64,000 nucleotides of DNA from assembly GCA_013239625.1 (NCBI GenBank), contig MU054220.1, positions 3,163,374 to 3,227,373 of the forward strand. The letters are read 5' to 3'. Position 1 is the first letter of the stretch, and each line of letters begins with the position of its first letter. Source of the DNA: Lama guanicoe (Eukaryota). The notes beneath the pieces were generated by a model. It was not told the origin of the DNA and searched no databases. It was given only the letters and a program-made list of their open reading frames with translations. This document shows positions 23,901-37,180 of this stretch, in pieces. The position numbers and the translations under genes are program-made.

Positions 23901-26189
23901 GCCTCTCTGGGCCTCAGTTTTCTCTGTAAAATGAGTATAATCTTGTAACTTCCTCAAGGGATTGTTGGGAGGCCTGAAATGAAATGAGCAAATGTCTGTA
24001 AAATGCATACACTTTTCAGCACGAGGGAGAGCGAGCAATCCACAAGGTGAATGATTAGCATTGTTAATAGCAGGAACCTTGAGAGAGATGATGAAAATCC
24101 CATGCAGCAGACTCTAGGGTAGTGAGCAGGGCACAGGCTCTAGGACAGCTGTTGACCTGCTTTTCCTTTCAGAGGAAATGGATGGTGCCCAGGAACTAGG
24201 TCCTGTGGAGGGGTCCCTTCGCTTGATTCCCTTGCTGCAGGGAAAGGGGTACCAATGGCAACTCCTGATGGGGATTTGGTCCTGGGGCCCTCTCCCAGAT
24301 CCAAAGGGATGGCTTTGTTCCCCCCACTTCCCTTCTCTCCCTCCTCCTGAGCTCAGGGCATTTCTGGATCTGGAAGAAAGCTATCAGGGCACATGCTCAG
24401 TTGTAGTGCTTGGTTCTGGGAGGGACTTCAAGCAGCTGTTAAGCTGGGATCCTAAACCTTCTCCCCATCGAAGCTCATGTGGATTGTCAGGTAACCCTAT
24501 GAATCCTATGTATCGTGCTCACTGCAATACTGTGTTTGCCCCACCCACATTTGCAGGGTGGTGCATCAACTTCACATGTCCCTTGAGTGCAATGTAGTGA
24601 CAGGTGGTACTGGGCATGTGATCTGGAACTGGGGTTGGGGTCTGTGATGCTACCAAGAACTAACTTGAGTCCCTGGACAATTGTTATGATTCTGGGCAAA
24701 ATCAAAGAGGCTGCCATCTTGGTGAGCTAGTGCAAGCCGTCTTCAGGGAGGGGAGGGGAGGGAGCTGACTTTATTAGACTTTCGAAAACCTTAAAAATAA
24801 GATTCACGTAACTGCCTTCATGGACTCCAGCTTGTCAACCACAGATCTGGTTCAGCCCCCTTGTTTCCTTGGTTCCAGGGGTCCTTCCTGAGCTCACCCA
24901 GGCAGCCCCAGGATGGTGGATGGCCATTCCTTCATTCATCAAATATTCAAGCCCCATCCGAGACACTGGAGCTAGGTAGGACCGTGAGCCGTGTCAGGTG
25001 CGGGTCCTGCCCTTGTGGAATTTATGGTCTAAGGAAGACAGAGATTAATTGGTCACAAGAATAAATGTAAAATTATATGGCCAGATGGTTTTCTTTTTGA
25101 AATATTAATTTTCCTTCCTTCCCTGGCATTTCCTCTTCCTTTATAGGGCAGTTTTGGACTCAGAACGTTCACTGCTGCAGGGGAGGGATGACCCAGTAGA
25201 AGTCAGAAATCAGTTTTTGTCTTCTGAGTGTCAAAAACTGAATCCTGGGTGCGTGAAGGGATGGAAGGAACCAAAGATATGGAAGATGCAGGATGCTCCA
25301 AGTCCCCAGACCGGATGGCACTCCCTAGGCTGGGGGAAGGTGGAGTGATAGAGGAAGAACTGTGGGTGTCTATTGGAGATGGGCCACATGCTTGCCCTGA
25401 CTCCTCCCTGTTTCCTACTTAAATAGGTTTGGAGGACCTGGGAACAGAGAGGAAACATGGGCCCATCCCCAGGGTAAAGGCTGGAGAGGAGGAAAGACCT
25501 CAGGCTATTCCCTGAGCCAGCGTAGCACTGACTCCCTGGTGACTCAGAGCATAAGGTCTTAAAGCAGTCTTGGGTCTGCTGGGGCAGGACCAGCTCCTCC
25601 ACCCACAGGGTAAAGCTGACCCTGGAGGCAGGGGTAACCAGTCCTCTCACTGCCCCTTGCTGCTGGGTCCATACCTGGACTACAGGTGGGCTGTGCACCT
25701 TTTGCTCTGGGAGGAAAATTATCCTCTGAGTTTCACTCTTTTTTTTTTTTTTTGACACAAGCCTATTAGTCACTCTGCTTCCTTGAGCTCACAGCACTTG
25801 GCATTGTTTTCTGATGGCCTGACAAGTCATGGGCTGCTGCCCCCTCCTCTTACCTGCCCATGCTCACCTCTGAAAGGTGAGTCAAGTATGAGGACGTCAA
25901 GAATGAGGAGGGGGTGGAGGAACCACTGGCTCAACTCTCAGCCACAGGGTCTCCATGTCCCCGAAGCCATTGGGGGCTGGGCACCCATTGGGGGCCAGCC
26001 TTCCCCAAGCAGAGAGCCCAGGATGGAGAGTGGGAGGTGGGGATAAACCTAGCCACGCCCCTGGAGCTGGCCAAGTGACCTGACATAAATCATGCTCTCC
26101 TTCTGAGCCTGTTTCCTGTTGATAAGAGGGTAAGATCACTGAGGTGGAAGAGATAAAAACCGTGAGTGAAAGACTAAGTCATCAGCTCA

Positions 26190-26440
26190 ATAATGCTAAC
26201 ACATTACTGAGTACTTCCTGTGCTATGAGGCAAGCACTGTACTAAGAGCAGCCTGGAATATCTGACTTATTCCTTCTATGTCCCCATGAGGTGGACATTG
26301 TGGTTATCTCCATTGTATGGATGAGGAAACTGAGGCACAGAGGAGGCCGCTGAATCAAGGAAGCTGCTGAAGGTCACATAATTAGAGTTTGGAAAAACTG
26401 GGATTCCAGTCCAGGCTGTCAGACCCTCTTCTATACTACA
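26190..26440 (-). mobile_element. MIR SINE relic
   Basis: gatgaggaaactgaggcacagag...aaggtcacata. Confidence 0.8.
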
Positions 26441-26990
26441 GGGCACTGATAGAGCTTCACTTTTAAGTAGGGACACAAAAAAATGTCTCTGAGAGCATTT
26501 CGATCACTCATTCATTGTACAGAGAAGGAGATGGAAGCTCACAGAGAGGAATGGACAGGCTTAAGATCTCACAGCAGCCTAGACACCACACTGACACCTG
26601 TAAAACGTCAAGCCCTGTGTGTAGCTTTTGGACAAACATATTTGAATCCACCAAAAGGGCTTTTTGAAGAAGTCAAAACTCTCCCCAATGGGAACCCTAA
26701 GTCTGAAAAGTGCAGGTCCTGGGGAAGGCTTGTGGAGAGGAGATGGGAACATTCTGAGGCCTTTGAGGACCCCTCAAAACTGCCTGGAGCAAAAGGAACA
26801 AAACGGGGTCACCACTTCCTTCACCTGCCAGGACTTGAATCCAGCTTTGTCTGGAAAGGGAGGTGGCCCTGAGGAAACAACTGGCATGAACGTTGGGATG
26901 TACGACTCAGGTACTCCCCGCAGCAGTTTCCAAAAATGAACAATCTGAAGCAACCTAACAGTCCAACAATAGGGGACTGGTCAAGTGGCA

Positions 26991-27770
26991 TCGTAGAAAT
27001 GACGGTCCCTGTTTCCTGACACAGAGTTCCAAAGTCCCTTGTAATTTCCCTAGTGGTAAGGTAATGGGGCATCTCTTGCTCTAATAAGACAACTTTTGGC
27101 AGGTCCCTCGATAACTTCAGGATGGAGAATGGTCACTAGAAAGACCAAGCCTTGATTAGAAGCCTGGAACTTTCAGCTTCCCCTCCCCCACCTCCAGGGA
27201 GGGCAGAGGGGCTGGAGATTGTTCATCACTGAGGGACAAGGATTAATCAATCCTGTGTATGTAATGAAACCTCCATAAAAAACCTCTAAACGATGGAGTT
27301 TGGAGAGCATGCTGGTTGGTGGGCGTGTTCAGGTGCTAGGAGGGTGGCACTCCTAGAGGAGGCAGAGCTGCTGCCCCGCCCCCACCCCACCCCTTTGCCC
27401 TGTGCCTCTCTTCCATGGCTGTTCCTGAGTTGTATCCTTTATAATAAACCAGTAAATGTAAATATTTTCCTGAATTCTGTAAGCCATTCTAGCAAATTAC
27501 CAAATCTGGGGAGGGGGTCATGGGAATCTCCAACTTATAACTGGCTGATCAGAAGTACGGGTGGCTCAGGGCTTGCAACTGGTGTCTGAAGTGGGGGCAG
27601 TCTTGTAGGACTGAGCCCTTAACCTGGGGATCTAACACTGACTGCAGATAAACGGTGTCAGAATGGAATTGAATCGTCGGGCACCCAACTCGTGTCAGAG
27701 AGATGGAGAAGTGGAATTCGGAAAGACACCATATGTTTCTTTGCTGTCAGGGAAGAAAAGACCTAATAGT
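26991..27770 (+). mobile_element. MER21-like solo LTR, nested in an old L1 fragment
   Basis: gaaagaccaagccttgattagaagcctggaactttcagc, gtaatgaaacctccataaaaa, AATAAA 27443-27448, gtgggggcagtcttgtaggactgagccctt. Confidence 0.85.
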
Positions 27771-28404
27771 GAAATACACCACTGTGGTTTAGCTTGATTC
27801 TGTAATATGACAACAGGAACTGTTAAAAATGGCATTATAGAAAAAAGTGTCTAATGGCATGGGAATACATTCCCAATATAATGTATGATGTTAAGAATAA
27901 AGTCAGTCAGTTACAACATAGGATGTACCATCTGATCTCAGTTTAGTTAAAAAAAAAAAGAGCAGTATCTACATAGCAGATTATGGTTTATTTCTGCTTT
28001 CTTTGTGCTTTCTTGCAATTCCCAGATTTTCTAAGAGCATCTTTATCTCTTGTGATCAGCTCTCCCTCACATTCTGTCATTATTTCTATTTCTGTAAATC
28101 AGCGAAGGGGCATCCCAGCAGGGAGAGGGTCTATGTCCCTGCAGAGTTTGGAGAGCCTGGCTGGCCACCTGCCAGGGAGGCAGGGAGGCTACTTAAGCAG
28201 CAGATGGAGGCAGGGTGGTGTCCACTGCCCTTCCAAGGGCCTCTGGACCCTAGCAAGTCTCAGGAATGCTTTCTTAGCTTGGGGACTGAGCCCCAGCCCT
28301 GGCATGGCCCCTCTGCTATGTGCCAGGGTAGAGCAAGAAGCAGTACCACTGCCCGTACTCCCTAGGAAACTAGTCTTCTTGCAGTGCCCACCAGGTAAGT
28401 CTGG

Positions 28405-29920
28405 CTTTTTCATTCATTCATTCAACAAAAGTTTACTGAGCATGTATTATGTGCCTGGAACTGTTCTAGGTGTTGAGAATAATTTGATCAACAAAATAGC
28501 AGTGCTGTCCTCATGAAGCTTACATTCTCATGGCAAAAACAATGGGCAATTGAATAAATGTGTAATATAACATCAAGTGGTGAAAAGAGCCACGAGGTAA
28601 AAAGTAAATACACAAAAGATAGAGATGGGGAAGGGGGTGCTCTTTGGAGTGGACTGGTCAGGGAAGCCTCTCTCTGAGGAGGTGGTACAGAGCAGCCAGC
28701 TGAATGCTGAGAAGGTACCGGCTATGGGGATACCAGGGGCAGAGTGTTCCAGGCAGAGGGAATGGAAGTGCAAAGGCCCTGGGGCAGACATGTTAGCAGT
28801 ACTTCAGGATGAGGAAAGAGAAGCAGTGAGGCTAGAAAGAGATGGCAGGGGATGTGAGGGGCCAGATCACATCAGCCTTTTGGGTTAAGGCACTGGCTTT
28901 TGTTGTTTCTATTGAAGTATAGTTGATTTACAGTGTTGTGTTAGTTTCAGGTATGCAGCATAGTGATTCAGATATATATATATATGTTCTTTTTCAGATT
29001 CTTTTCCATTATAGGTTATTACAAGATATTGAGTATAGTTCCCTGTTCTGTACAGTTCAGGGAACTATACTGTTGTTCCCTGTTCCTTGTTGTTTATGTG
29101 TTTTATATACAGTAGTGCATATCTGTTAATCCCAAACTCTTAATTTATCCCTCCCCCTGGCTCTTTCCCCTTTGGTAACCATAATTTTGTTTTCTATGTC
29201 TATGAGTCTATTTCTGTTTTGGAAATAAGTTCATTTGTATAGATTGTACATATAAATTATATATATGTTATTTGTCTTTCTCTGTCTGATTTACTTCACT
29301 TAGTATGAGAATTTCTGGGTCCATCCATGGTGCTGCAAATGGCATTATTTCATTCTTTCTAATGGTTGAGTAATATTCCATTCCATATATATACCACATC
29401 TTCTTTATCCATTCATCTATTGATGGACACTTAGGTTGCTTCCTTGTCTTGCTATTGTAAAGAATGCTGCTATGAACATTGGAGTGCATGTATCTTTTTG
29501 AATTAGCATTTTCATCTTTTCCAGATATAAGCCCAAGAGTGGGATTGCTGGATCATATGGTAACTCTATTTTTAAGAACCCTCCAAACTGTTCTCTACAG
29601 TGGCTGCACCAATTTACATTCCCACCGACAGTGTAGGAGGGTTCCCTTTTCTTCACATCCTCTCCAGCATTTATTATCTGGAGACTTTTTGATGGTGGGA
29701 AGTCACTGGCTTTTGCTCTGAGTGAGACGGGAGCCTCCAGAGGGCTTTCAGTAGAGGAGTGACAAGACCTGACTGATGTTTAACAGGATGATTCTGGCTG
29801 GGCAGAGTGGGGAGGTGGCTGCTGAGATAATCCAGGGGTGAGATGATGATGGCTGGGCCCCCAGGGTGGGGATGGAGGTAGTAAGAGGAGGTCGGATTCT
29901 GGATGTATACTGAGTTAGAG
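28405..29920 (-). mobile_element. L2 relic split by an L1 insertion
   Basis: cattcattcattcaacaaa end; ggtcagggaagcctctctgaggaggtg; continues after 29700 with ggagcctccagagggctttcagtagaggagtgac. Confidence 0.8.
28903..29699 (-). mobile_element. 5'-truncated L1 (ORF2 C-terminus remnant plus 3' UTR)
   Basis: Frameshifted peptides [13 protein letters not shown] and KQPKCPSIDEWIKKMWYIY; TSD aaggcactggcttttg 28887-28902 / aagtcactggcttttg 29700-29715 (15/16). Confidence 0.95.
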
Positions 29921-31229
29921 CTGAGCACTCAGGACCCTCCCTCCACACTGGTCTGCCTCTTGGGTCCCATTCCTCAAGTCGTCTCCCAGCTCTCCCTCTC
30001 CAACAGGGATGAGCCTGCATGGGCAGGGGGGTTGAGCTGGAGCCAATCTCACTCCTGGCTGGTGCCAGGGGTGGCCAGGGCAGGGCTGCATCAGCTGCCA
30101 AAGGAAACTCTCTCTCTGGAGGGAGGGCAGGGGACGTCGGGGAGGGATGCCAGGCACAAAGAGTGTTTTATTCATTCCACAAGTATTTATTGAGCTTTTA
30201 TGACATGGGAACAGCTCTGAACAAAACCCAAAGCTTCTGACTCCACAGAGCATCTGTTTTTGTGGAGGGAGAGATGCTGAACAGATAAATGAGTGAGCCA
30301 TAGAGTTTGTCAGATGATGGTGAATGCTCTGGAAAATAAAACAGGGAGCTGGGATTGTAGGTACCCTTCCCAACACTCTGTCTCCTTTACCTGCTCGACT
30401 TTCCTTGTATTTCATAGCACTGTGTCCTCCTAATATTCTATATGAATTATTTTCTTATTAAGCTTAAAGTTTACTTTCTGAATCCGCCTCTGGCCTCCTG
30501 CTGAAGAGGAAGCCCCATGAGGGCAGGACTCTTTATGAGTTTGGTTTCCTGCTGTCTCCTCAGAGCCTAGAGCTTGAATGAGTGGGATAGGAAGGGGTGG
30601 GATAGGGGAGGAGTAGCCCCCCTCACAGAGCCCTCCTACCCTTAGACCAGCAAAGGGACAAGGTGGGGGTCCTCTTCTCTCCCCACCCAGTCACCCAGGC
30701 AGGTGAGTGGATGGTGCAGTCCGGGGGTTATACTGCACAAGTTGGCCATGAACCCTACCAGGAGTCCTCCTGCAGTGCCTGGGCTGGAGGGACAGAGGTC
30801 CTGTCTCTGACCCCCGCCCTTATTCTTTACCTCCTCCAGGATCAAGGGCTAAGGCTTTTAATTCAGCACAAAGTCCGAGCCAGCATCACAGGCTTGGGAT
30901 CTTTGAGGCCAACCACACTCACACTACCCCATATCACTGAGAGGGCAAGGCCTCTTGGCACCCACTCCCCTCCGTTTTCCCCCTTTCGATGTAATTGCTT
31001 CATCCATATTGAAATTGTGTGACGAGAGGCTTGTGCTGACAGGCCCACTGAGACCCTGACGCTTCCCCCAGCCTCCTCAGAGCACTGAGGAGATGCTGGA
31101 AAAATGGGTCAGCCCAGCTTCTGGGCCAAAAGTAGGGGTGGAGTGGGGAGTTAGGGTAATAGATCAGCAGGTGGGCCTAGAACAGGAAGGTCTGGAAACC
31201 TTGCCACAACTGTCTGATGGTCTAGAGCA

Positions 31230-31455
31230 CAGTTTCCTAAAAGTGGAGAGAGAGGTATTTTCTGATAAAATGCTTAAACAAAAATTAAAATGATTTGCCT
31301 GTGGTAGGACTCCTGAGGCCTTTAAATGTTAATGAGAATTGTGACTCCAAGGGGAACTAATGCAGCATTTCTCAAGCTTCTGTCCATGGTACCCCTTTTA
31401 CATGAAGGATCCTGACCGATGGGGGTTCCTCTGAACATTCTTTGAGAAATGCTGG
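31230..31455. mobile_element. hAT-Charlie MITE relic (MER5-like)
   Basis: cagtttcctaaaagtg start; cagcatttctcaa...ctttgagaaatgctg inverted motif. Confidence 0.55.
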
Positions 31456-32129
31456 TCTGTGTCACTAGCCATCTAAGAGATGAGGCTTCCCTCTCTCTCT
31501 GCTTCTCTCCCTTCCTACCCTCTCCCTCTTTCCCTCCAGCTTCTTCCTCTGCTAATCCAGCTTGTGTAATGCTACCACCCCATTAAATCACAGAAAACAC
31601 TTGGCTCTCTCCTGTGGGCATTAGGGAGCTATGGAACTATACAGATACAAGGAAATCAGACTTCTTTACCTGGCATTCAAGGCTTCAATCTGGCTTTAAA
31701 TTGCAGGTCTCCTCTCCAGCTCCAGCCAGGCCACTCTCCATACTGTCACAAAATAGCTACAAACATTTCTGCCTTTGAACCTTTGCTTTGGCTAGACTAT
31801 CCCTCTTTCCTCCTTAGGCCACCTCCTCCGGGTAGCCTCCCTTGATTACCCCAGCCTTGCCTCTGAAGTCTCTGAGGGCGGTATCAGAAACAGACACAAG
31901 ATGAGAAGCCCTAAATGTTAGTTAAGTATGATTATAAGACCACCCCCTATATTATTCTGGAGAGTATAATTATGGGCATCCAAAGGAACAAATTTATCAG
32001 GGACTCAAAGGGAGGTCCAACAGCCTCACATTGATTAACCATATGGCCATCTGGCTTTCTCAACAGGACCCCCATAGCATTTACATGACATGCAGTCTCA
32101 GGATTCCTGATACAGGCTTGCCCTTGGCT

Positions 32130-33870
32130 AGTTTAATTTTTCCCTTTGACATTTTACTGCAAAAAATTTCAAACATATACAAAAGTAAAGAGACTATTAT
32201 AATGATAGCCTGTACATCTGTCACTGAGCTTCAACAATGATCCATCGTGGTTCATTTCTGCATCTGCCGACTCCCTGCATTGTTTTGAGGCAAATCCCAG
32301 ACATCGTATATTCTATCCATATGTATCTCAGTACACTCTTCTATGATCTTTTACATCATCATAATACCATCATCACCCAAAATTAAGAAGAGATCCTTAA
32401 TATCATCAAATATCCAGTGACTGTGCATGTTTCCAGTTGCCTTACACATCTTAATTTTATTTGTTTTATAGTTTGTTTGAATCAGGATCCTAATGAGGTT
32501 GACATGGCTAAGTCTCTTGTAATCTATAATCCGTCTCCATTCCTCTCTCTCATTATTTTATTTTATTTATTTAAATTATTTATTTTATTTTTATTTTTAA
32601 TTATTTTAATTATTTTATTTTATTTTTATTTTTTGAGAGAGAAAGAGAGTCTCTCATTAAAAAAATACTTTGTTTTTTAGAGTAGTTTTCGGTTCAAAGT
32701 TGAGAGGAAGGTACAGACTGCCCATATACCCCTGCCCACTGACCTGCACAGCCCACTCCATTATTAACATCCCCCTCAGATGGTACGATCAATGAACCTA
32801 CATTGACACATCATCACCCAAAGTCCACAGTTTACTTTAGGGGTCATTCTTGGTGGTGTACATTCTGTGGGTTTGGACAAATGTGTAATGACATGCATCC
32901 ATCATGATAGTACCAAACAGAGTATTTTCACTGCTCCCAAAGTCCTCTGTGCTCTACCTATTCATGCCTCCCATAAGCCCTGGCAACCACTGATCTTTTT
33001 ACTGTCTCCACAGTTTTGCCTTTTCCAGTATGTCCTATAGTTGGAATCAAACAGTAGGTATCCTTCTCTCACTTACTAATATACATTTAAGGTTTCCCTC
33101 TGTCTTTTCATGGCTTGATAGCTCATTTCTTTTTAGCACTGAATAATATTCCTATGTCTGGAGGGATCACAGCTTATCCATTTATCTACTGAAGGACATC
33201 TTGGTTGCTCCCCAGTTTTGGCAATTATGAATGAAGCTGCTATAAATATCTGCATGTAGGTTTTTGTATGGAAGTAAGTTTTCAGCTACCTTTGGGTAAA
33301 TACTGAAGAGCACAATTACTGGATCGTATGATAAAAGTACGCTTAGTTTTGTAGGAAATTGCCAAATTGCCTTGTCTTCCAAAGTGACTGTACCTCTCTC
33401 TTTTTAATTTTCTTTTTTTTTTTTCAATAAACCAGATTCTTGTCCTGTGTTTTCCCAGTGTGGACTTAACTGTTTTCATTCCCATAGTCTCTTCTGACTC
33501 TTCCCTCTGTCCTTTGTATTTCTGGTAAACTGACCATTTTTAGAGCTTGAGCAGATTCAAGTTTGGCTTTTTCAGCGGGACAACCTCACGGTACTTTGTG
33601 TTTCCATCAAGAGACATGTGATGCCTGCTGTCTGCGGTTTGGGGATGTTAGCAGCTGTGGATGCTCAGTATCCAGATCCATTAATCCATGAGGGTTTGCA
33701 AAATGGTGAGATTTTAATCCTATCATCCCTTCCTCATTTATTAGCTGGAATACTTCTAAAAAGAGATATGTCCGTCATCTACAATTTGGGTACACAGTGG
33801 TACAGTTTGTGTGGGAAAGGCAGGAAAAATGCATGATTCTTTCCCTTTATTTACCAACTAATTACCTTCT
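32130..33870 (-). mobile_element. Nested old L1M 3' fragments (younger one about 32660-33390) with an AT-rich tract at 32550-32635
   Basis: gccctggcaaccactgatctttttactgtctcc, gaaggacatcttggttgctcccagttttggcaattatg; peptide LSYDPVIVLFSIYPK. Confidence 0.8.
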
Positions 33871-33889
33871 AATGGAGTGACGCTAACAG

Positions 33890-34500
33890 TTAAGTCTTGT
33901 AGAGCACTTACAGATCACCAAATGTTTTTTATCAACACTATCTCATTTAATTATCACAACGACCCTGTGAGGTAGACAGGACAGATGCTGCTATTTTTAA
34001 ATAGCGAGAAATGAGGTCCAGAATAGTTAAGTGACTTGCCCAAGCTGAGAGAGCTACTAGAATAATCATCACCAACATACAGGGAACACTAACTCCATGC
34101 CAGATGCTATTTTCTAAATGTGAATGAACACATTTCCTTCTCACACCAACTCTGAGAGCTAGGAAGGGGGCAGTGATTGTCCCCATTTTATGGATGGGAA
34201 AGCTCAAAGCCCAGAGAGGTTAGCTGACTTGCTGGAGGTCAAATGGTAATAATAGTGGTTATTAGTTATTGAGCACTTATCATGTGCCAGGAACCTTGCT
34301 AAGGGCTCAGAACAACATAGCACAGTGTTCTGCCATCTGCTGTGTGATGAGTTCTTGCCACATGCCAGGCACATCGAGTCTTCATAGCAACCTTATGTGA
34401 ACCTTGTGTTCTGATGAGAAGACTGAGGTTCAGAGAGGCTGCATCACACTCCCCAGATCGCAGGGCTTGTATGTGACTGAGCAGGGTTCCAATCTAGTTT
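33890..34500 (-). mobile_element. Three tandem MIR relics
   Basis: gttaagtgacttgcccaag; ccccattttatggatgggaaagctcaaagcccagagaggtt; gatgagaagactgaggttcagagagg. Confidence 0.75.
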
Positions 34501-34919
34501 CGCTCTGCATCATGCTGTCTCTAGCCAGTGCACAGCCAGGACTTGACCCAGATCTTTGTGCCTGTGTCTGCACCTCCTCCTTTTCCCCTCTCCAGCATCC
34601 ACAGAGGGTCTGATCAAGAAGAGAGAACTCTTCCTGTGGGTCAGTAGCTGCCTCCCACCTTCTGCACATCCCAGAAAGATGCTGCCACGTTTGGCATTAA
34701 TTGACAAGGAGACAGAGAGGCAACAACAACAAAGGGAAGAAACCTCAATAGCTGGCAAAAGAATGAGTGGTCTTAGTGCCTCCACAACGTCCTTAGATGT
34801 AGCTGGCTTGGCCTCTCATTACTGTTTTTTTTCCACCACTTTCCCCCAGAACCAGGATATTAGAGCCTGCTCAGCCATACAACAGATTGAAAGGACAGGG
34901 AGCTAAGGCCTACTGGGGA

Positions 34920-35520
34920 GGGACATGGGGCGGGGCCTGCCTGGACCAAGAAGCCGACCTTTGTCGTGGGCCACCCTAGGTTCTCATCAGACATTATCAC
35001 AAGGCCCTAAATCATGATGGCCTCAATAACACTTGTGCTCCTGGGGTAACGTCACTGCTGCCGCAGGCTGGCAGGAACAGTCGTAAACTGGTGTCCTTAA
35101 AGAGATGCCCTTTCGTAATGAGGTGCTGTGGCCTGCTTCCCGCACGCAGGGAGGCCCTGTGGACGGCAAAGGCGATGCGGGGTGGCGGAAGACAGGAGGA
35201 AGAAAAACAAGAACCAATTAAACCCTCAATTCGAGCAGAGTAAATGAATTTGACTTTAGGTGATCAAGAGGGAGAACGCTTCTAATTAGACACACGGCAG
35301 TCCTGGGGCTGAGCACGCTTGTGACCGCCCTCATGCCCGTCCCCGTCACTTTTTAGATAAATGTTAAGGATTAGAATGAGATGTAATTAAAATCCGTCAA
35401 TTCCGTACATTTTCTGCTGGGGGGTGGTTGATGGCTGCTCACCTACTCTCTCCTCAGGTCAGGAGCTCCCGCCCCCTCCTCGCTTCTGTGCTCTGATTGG
35501 CTCTTGTTACAGCCAATCCC
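34920..35520. promoter_or_regulatory. Unique CpG-retaining island with homeobox, GC-box and CCAAT motifs
   Basis: GC boxes 34927-34935 and 35468-35475, gtcgtaaa 35080-35087, ctaattag 35283-35290, CCAAT boxes 35493-35502 and 35511-35518. Confidence 0.45.
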
Positions 35521-35631
35521 TTTTGAGCAGGAGGAAAGCTCAGGCAGGAGGGTCAGCCCACAGATGGGTCTTTCTTCAGAGGCCAAGAGAGGGTTGGGAG
35601 AGGAAGGATTACCTGGACGTGGTGAATTGGC

Positions 35632-35770
35632 CAGAGGTTGCAGACTACTCTGTCCCACTCGTGAGCGGAAAGAATTTGAAATGCATTTCTTGCGCGGCCA
35701 AATCTGGATATTTCACCAAAATATTTGGATTTTTTGGTTTCTTTGGAAACATCGAAGATGGCAATGCTGA
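35632..35770 (-). mobile_element. MER103-like hAT MITE relic
   Basis: cagaggttgcagact...gatatttcaccaaaatatttggattttttggtttctttggaaacatcgaagatggcaatgctg. Confidence 0.6.
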
Positions 35771-36127
35771 GCCTGTATCCCCTCATCGAGACATTTGACC
35801 CTAGGTGAAGTGCAGATAGGGTGCTGGTGCCCCAGCTCATAACGTCTCCTGCCCGGCCAGATTCACTGGTCCGTGAGGTGATCCAGCCCCTGAGGCATTT
35901 GAGTGCGAAGTCTTCAACCCTCTTCTTCAATCTCCAGATGAAGGGAGATGCCTGAGGTTCCACTCTGAACCTGCCGCCACGCATGCTGGGCCCTCTGCCT
36001 GGAGAGCCCTTCCTCAGGCTCCATTCAAATGTCACCTCATGCAGGAAGAATTTCCAGTCTCCCTAGTGGGAATTTGTCTCTCTCTGCTCTGGCTCTTGGA
36101 GTCCTTGTGTCTTCCCCAAGATTATAC

Positions 36128-36587
36128 TGTAACTGGAGAATAGGTGCTTGCAGGAAAGAATTAAAAAAGTGAAAGGAAGTTTTTTCAGGGAGATACACAG
36201 GTCATAGACAGAGTGTGGGTCATTGCAGAAGGCAAGAGAGATGGCCCCAGGAAATAGGGTCCTCTTGGAAAGTGAAAGTGGCCAGCAGGTGTAGGAGTGG
36301 TTAATTTTTAGGGGCCAGGAAATTTCATAAGCTAACGAGTGGGAGGATTATTCCAACAATGTTGGGGAAGGGAGTGGGGAGTTCCAGGAATTGGGCCCTG
36401 CCCACTTTGGGGCCTTTTACAGTTAGCCTGGGAACTGTCATGGTGCCTGTGGGTGTGCCATGAAGCTCAAGGCCCACTGGAAGTCAAATCTTCTGCCATC
36501 TTGGTTCTATGGCTCAGTTTATGCCTGACCTCAATTGCTGTGTCATTCCTTCAGTGTTTGTGCCTTGTCCCCTTCCCTCCTGTCTTG
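36128..36587 (-). mobile_element. ERV1-type solo LTR
   Basis: tgtaac start; gggaactgtcatggtgcctgtgggtgtg and gtcaaatcttctgccatcttgg motifs; 4-bp TSD-like atac/gtac. Confidence 0.7.
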
Positions 36588-37180
36588 GTACTTCTCTGGT
36601 GTGTGATGGTGAATCCATTTGCCCCAATGGGCTGTGAGCTCCCCAAGAGCAAGGCCAGGTCTGGTTTGCTCTGTCTCCCTCTATGTGCCCAGCAGGGCCT
36701 GACCCAGGGTAGACACCCAGTGAGTGTGAATTGAAGGAAACTGAAGGCTCCCCGGGGCAGCACCAGCCCAAGGGAACATCTTTGCCTCTTTCCCAGGCCC
36801 TTCTCATACCTTATTAATCTCTCTTTTCTCCTCCTTTTGTAGGCCCCAGGCTTGCTGGCTGGAGATCATTTACAGAAAGGTGTTTGGGAATTTACACATC
36901 CCCATGGCCAGGGAGTTCACCTTGCAATTGAGAATGAGGAGTTGCAATGCTTAACACAATGAAGGATGTGCTAATGGTGGACTTGCTGGCACAGGACACA
37001 GATAGGTCTGTGGGGGAGATCCTTTTTGAAAGTGAGTTCTACCAAGTGACATATACAGCCCAAGATTTGGATTTTGGTCAATCTATTTCCCTTGCTAGGC
37101 TATGACCCAGTGTCACAGGGCAATTCACTTGACATCTCTGAACTTCAGTATCCTCGTACAAAAAATGGTGGTAACAATAC

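Noticed and set aside
24708..24724. CTCF/YY1-like motif (caagatggcagc on the minus strand); similar partial CTCF matches at about 5971 and 10404
   Set aside because: Several mismatches to the CTCF core and no supporting context; cannot be called without PWM scoring or ChIP data.
29268..29656. ORFs with convincing protein-like sequence
   Set aside because: These are frameshifted L1 ORF2 C-terminal remnants, not a host gene.
34575..34645. Possible 44-nt exon (polypyrimidine-cag acceptor at 34595, gtcagt donor at about 34640)
   Set aside because: No partner exons or recognisable peptide. Similar acceptor-like tracts occur at 363, 30839, 31539 and 36842 and are expected by chance.
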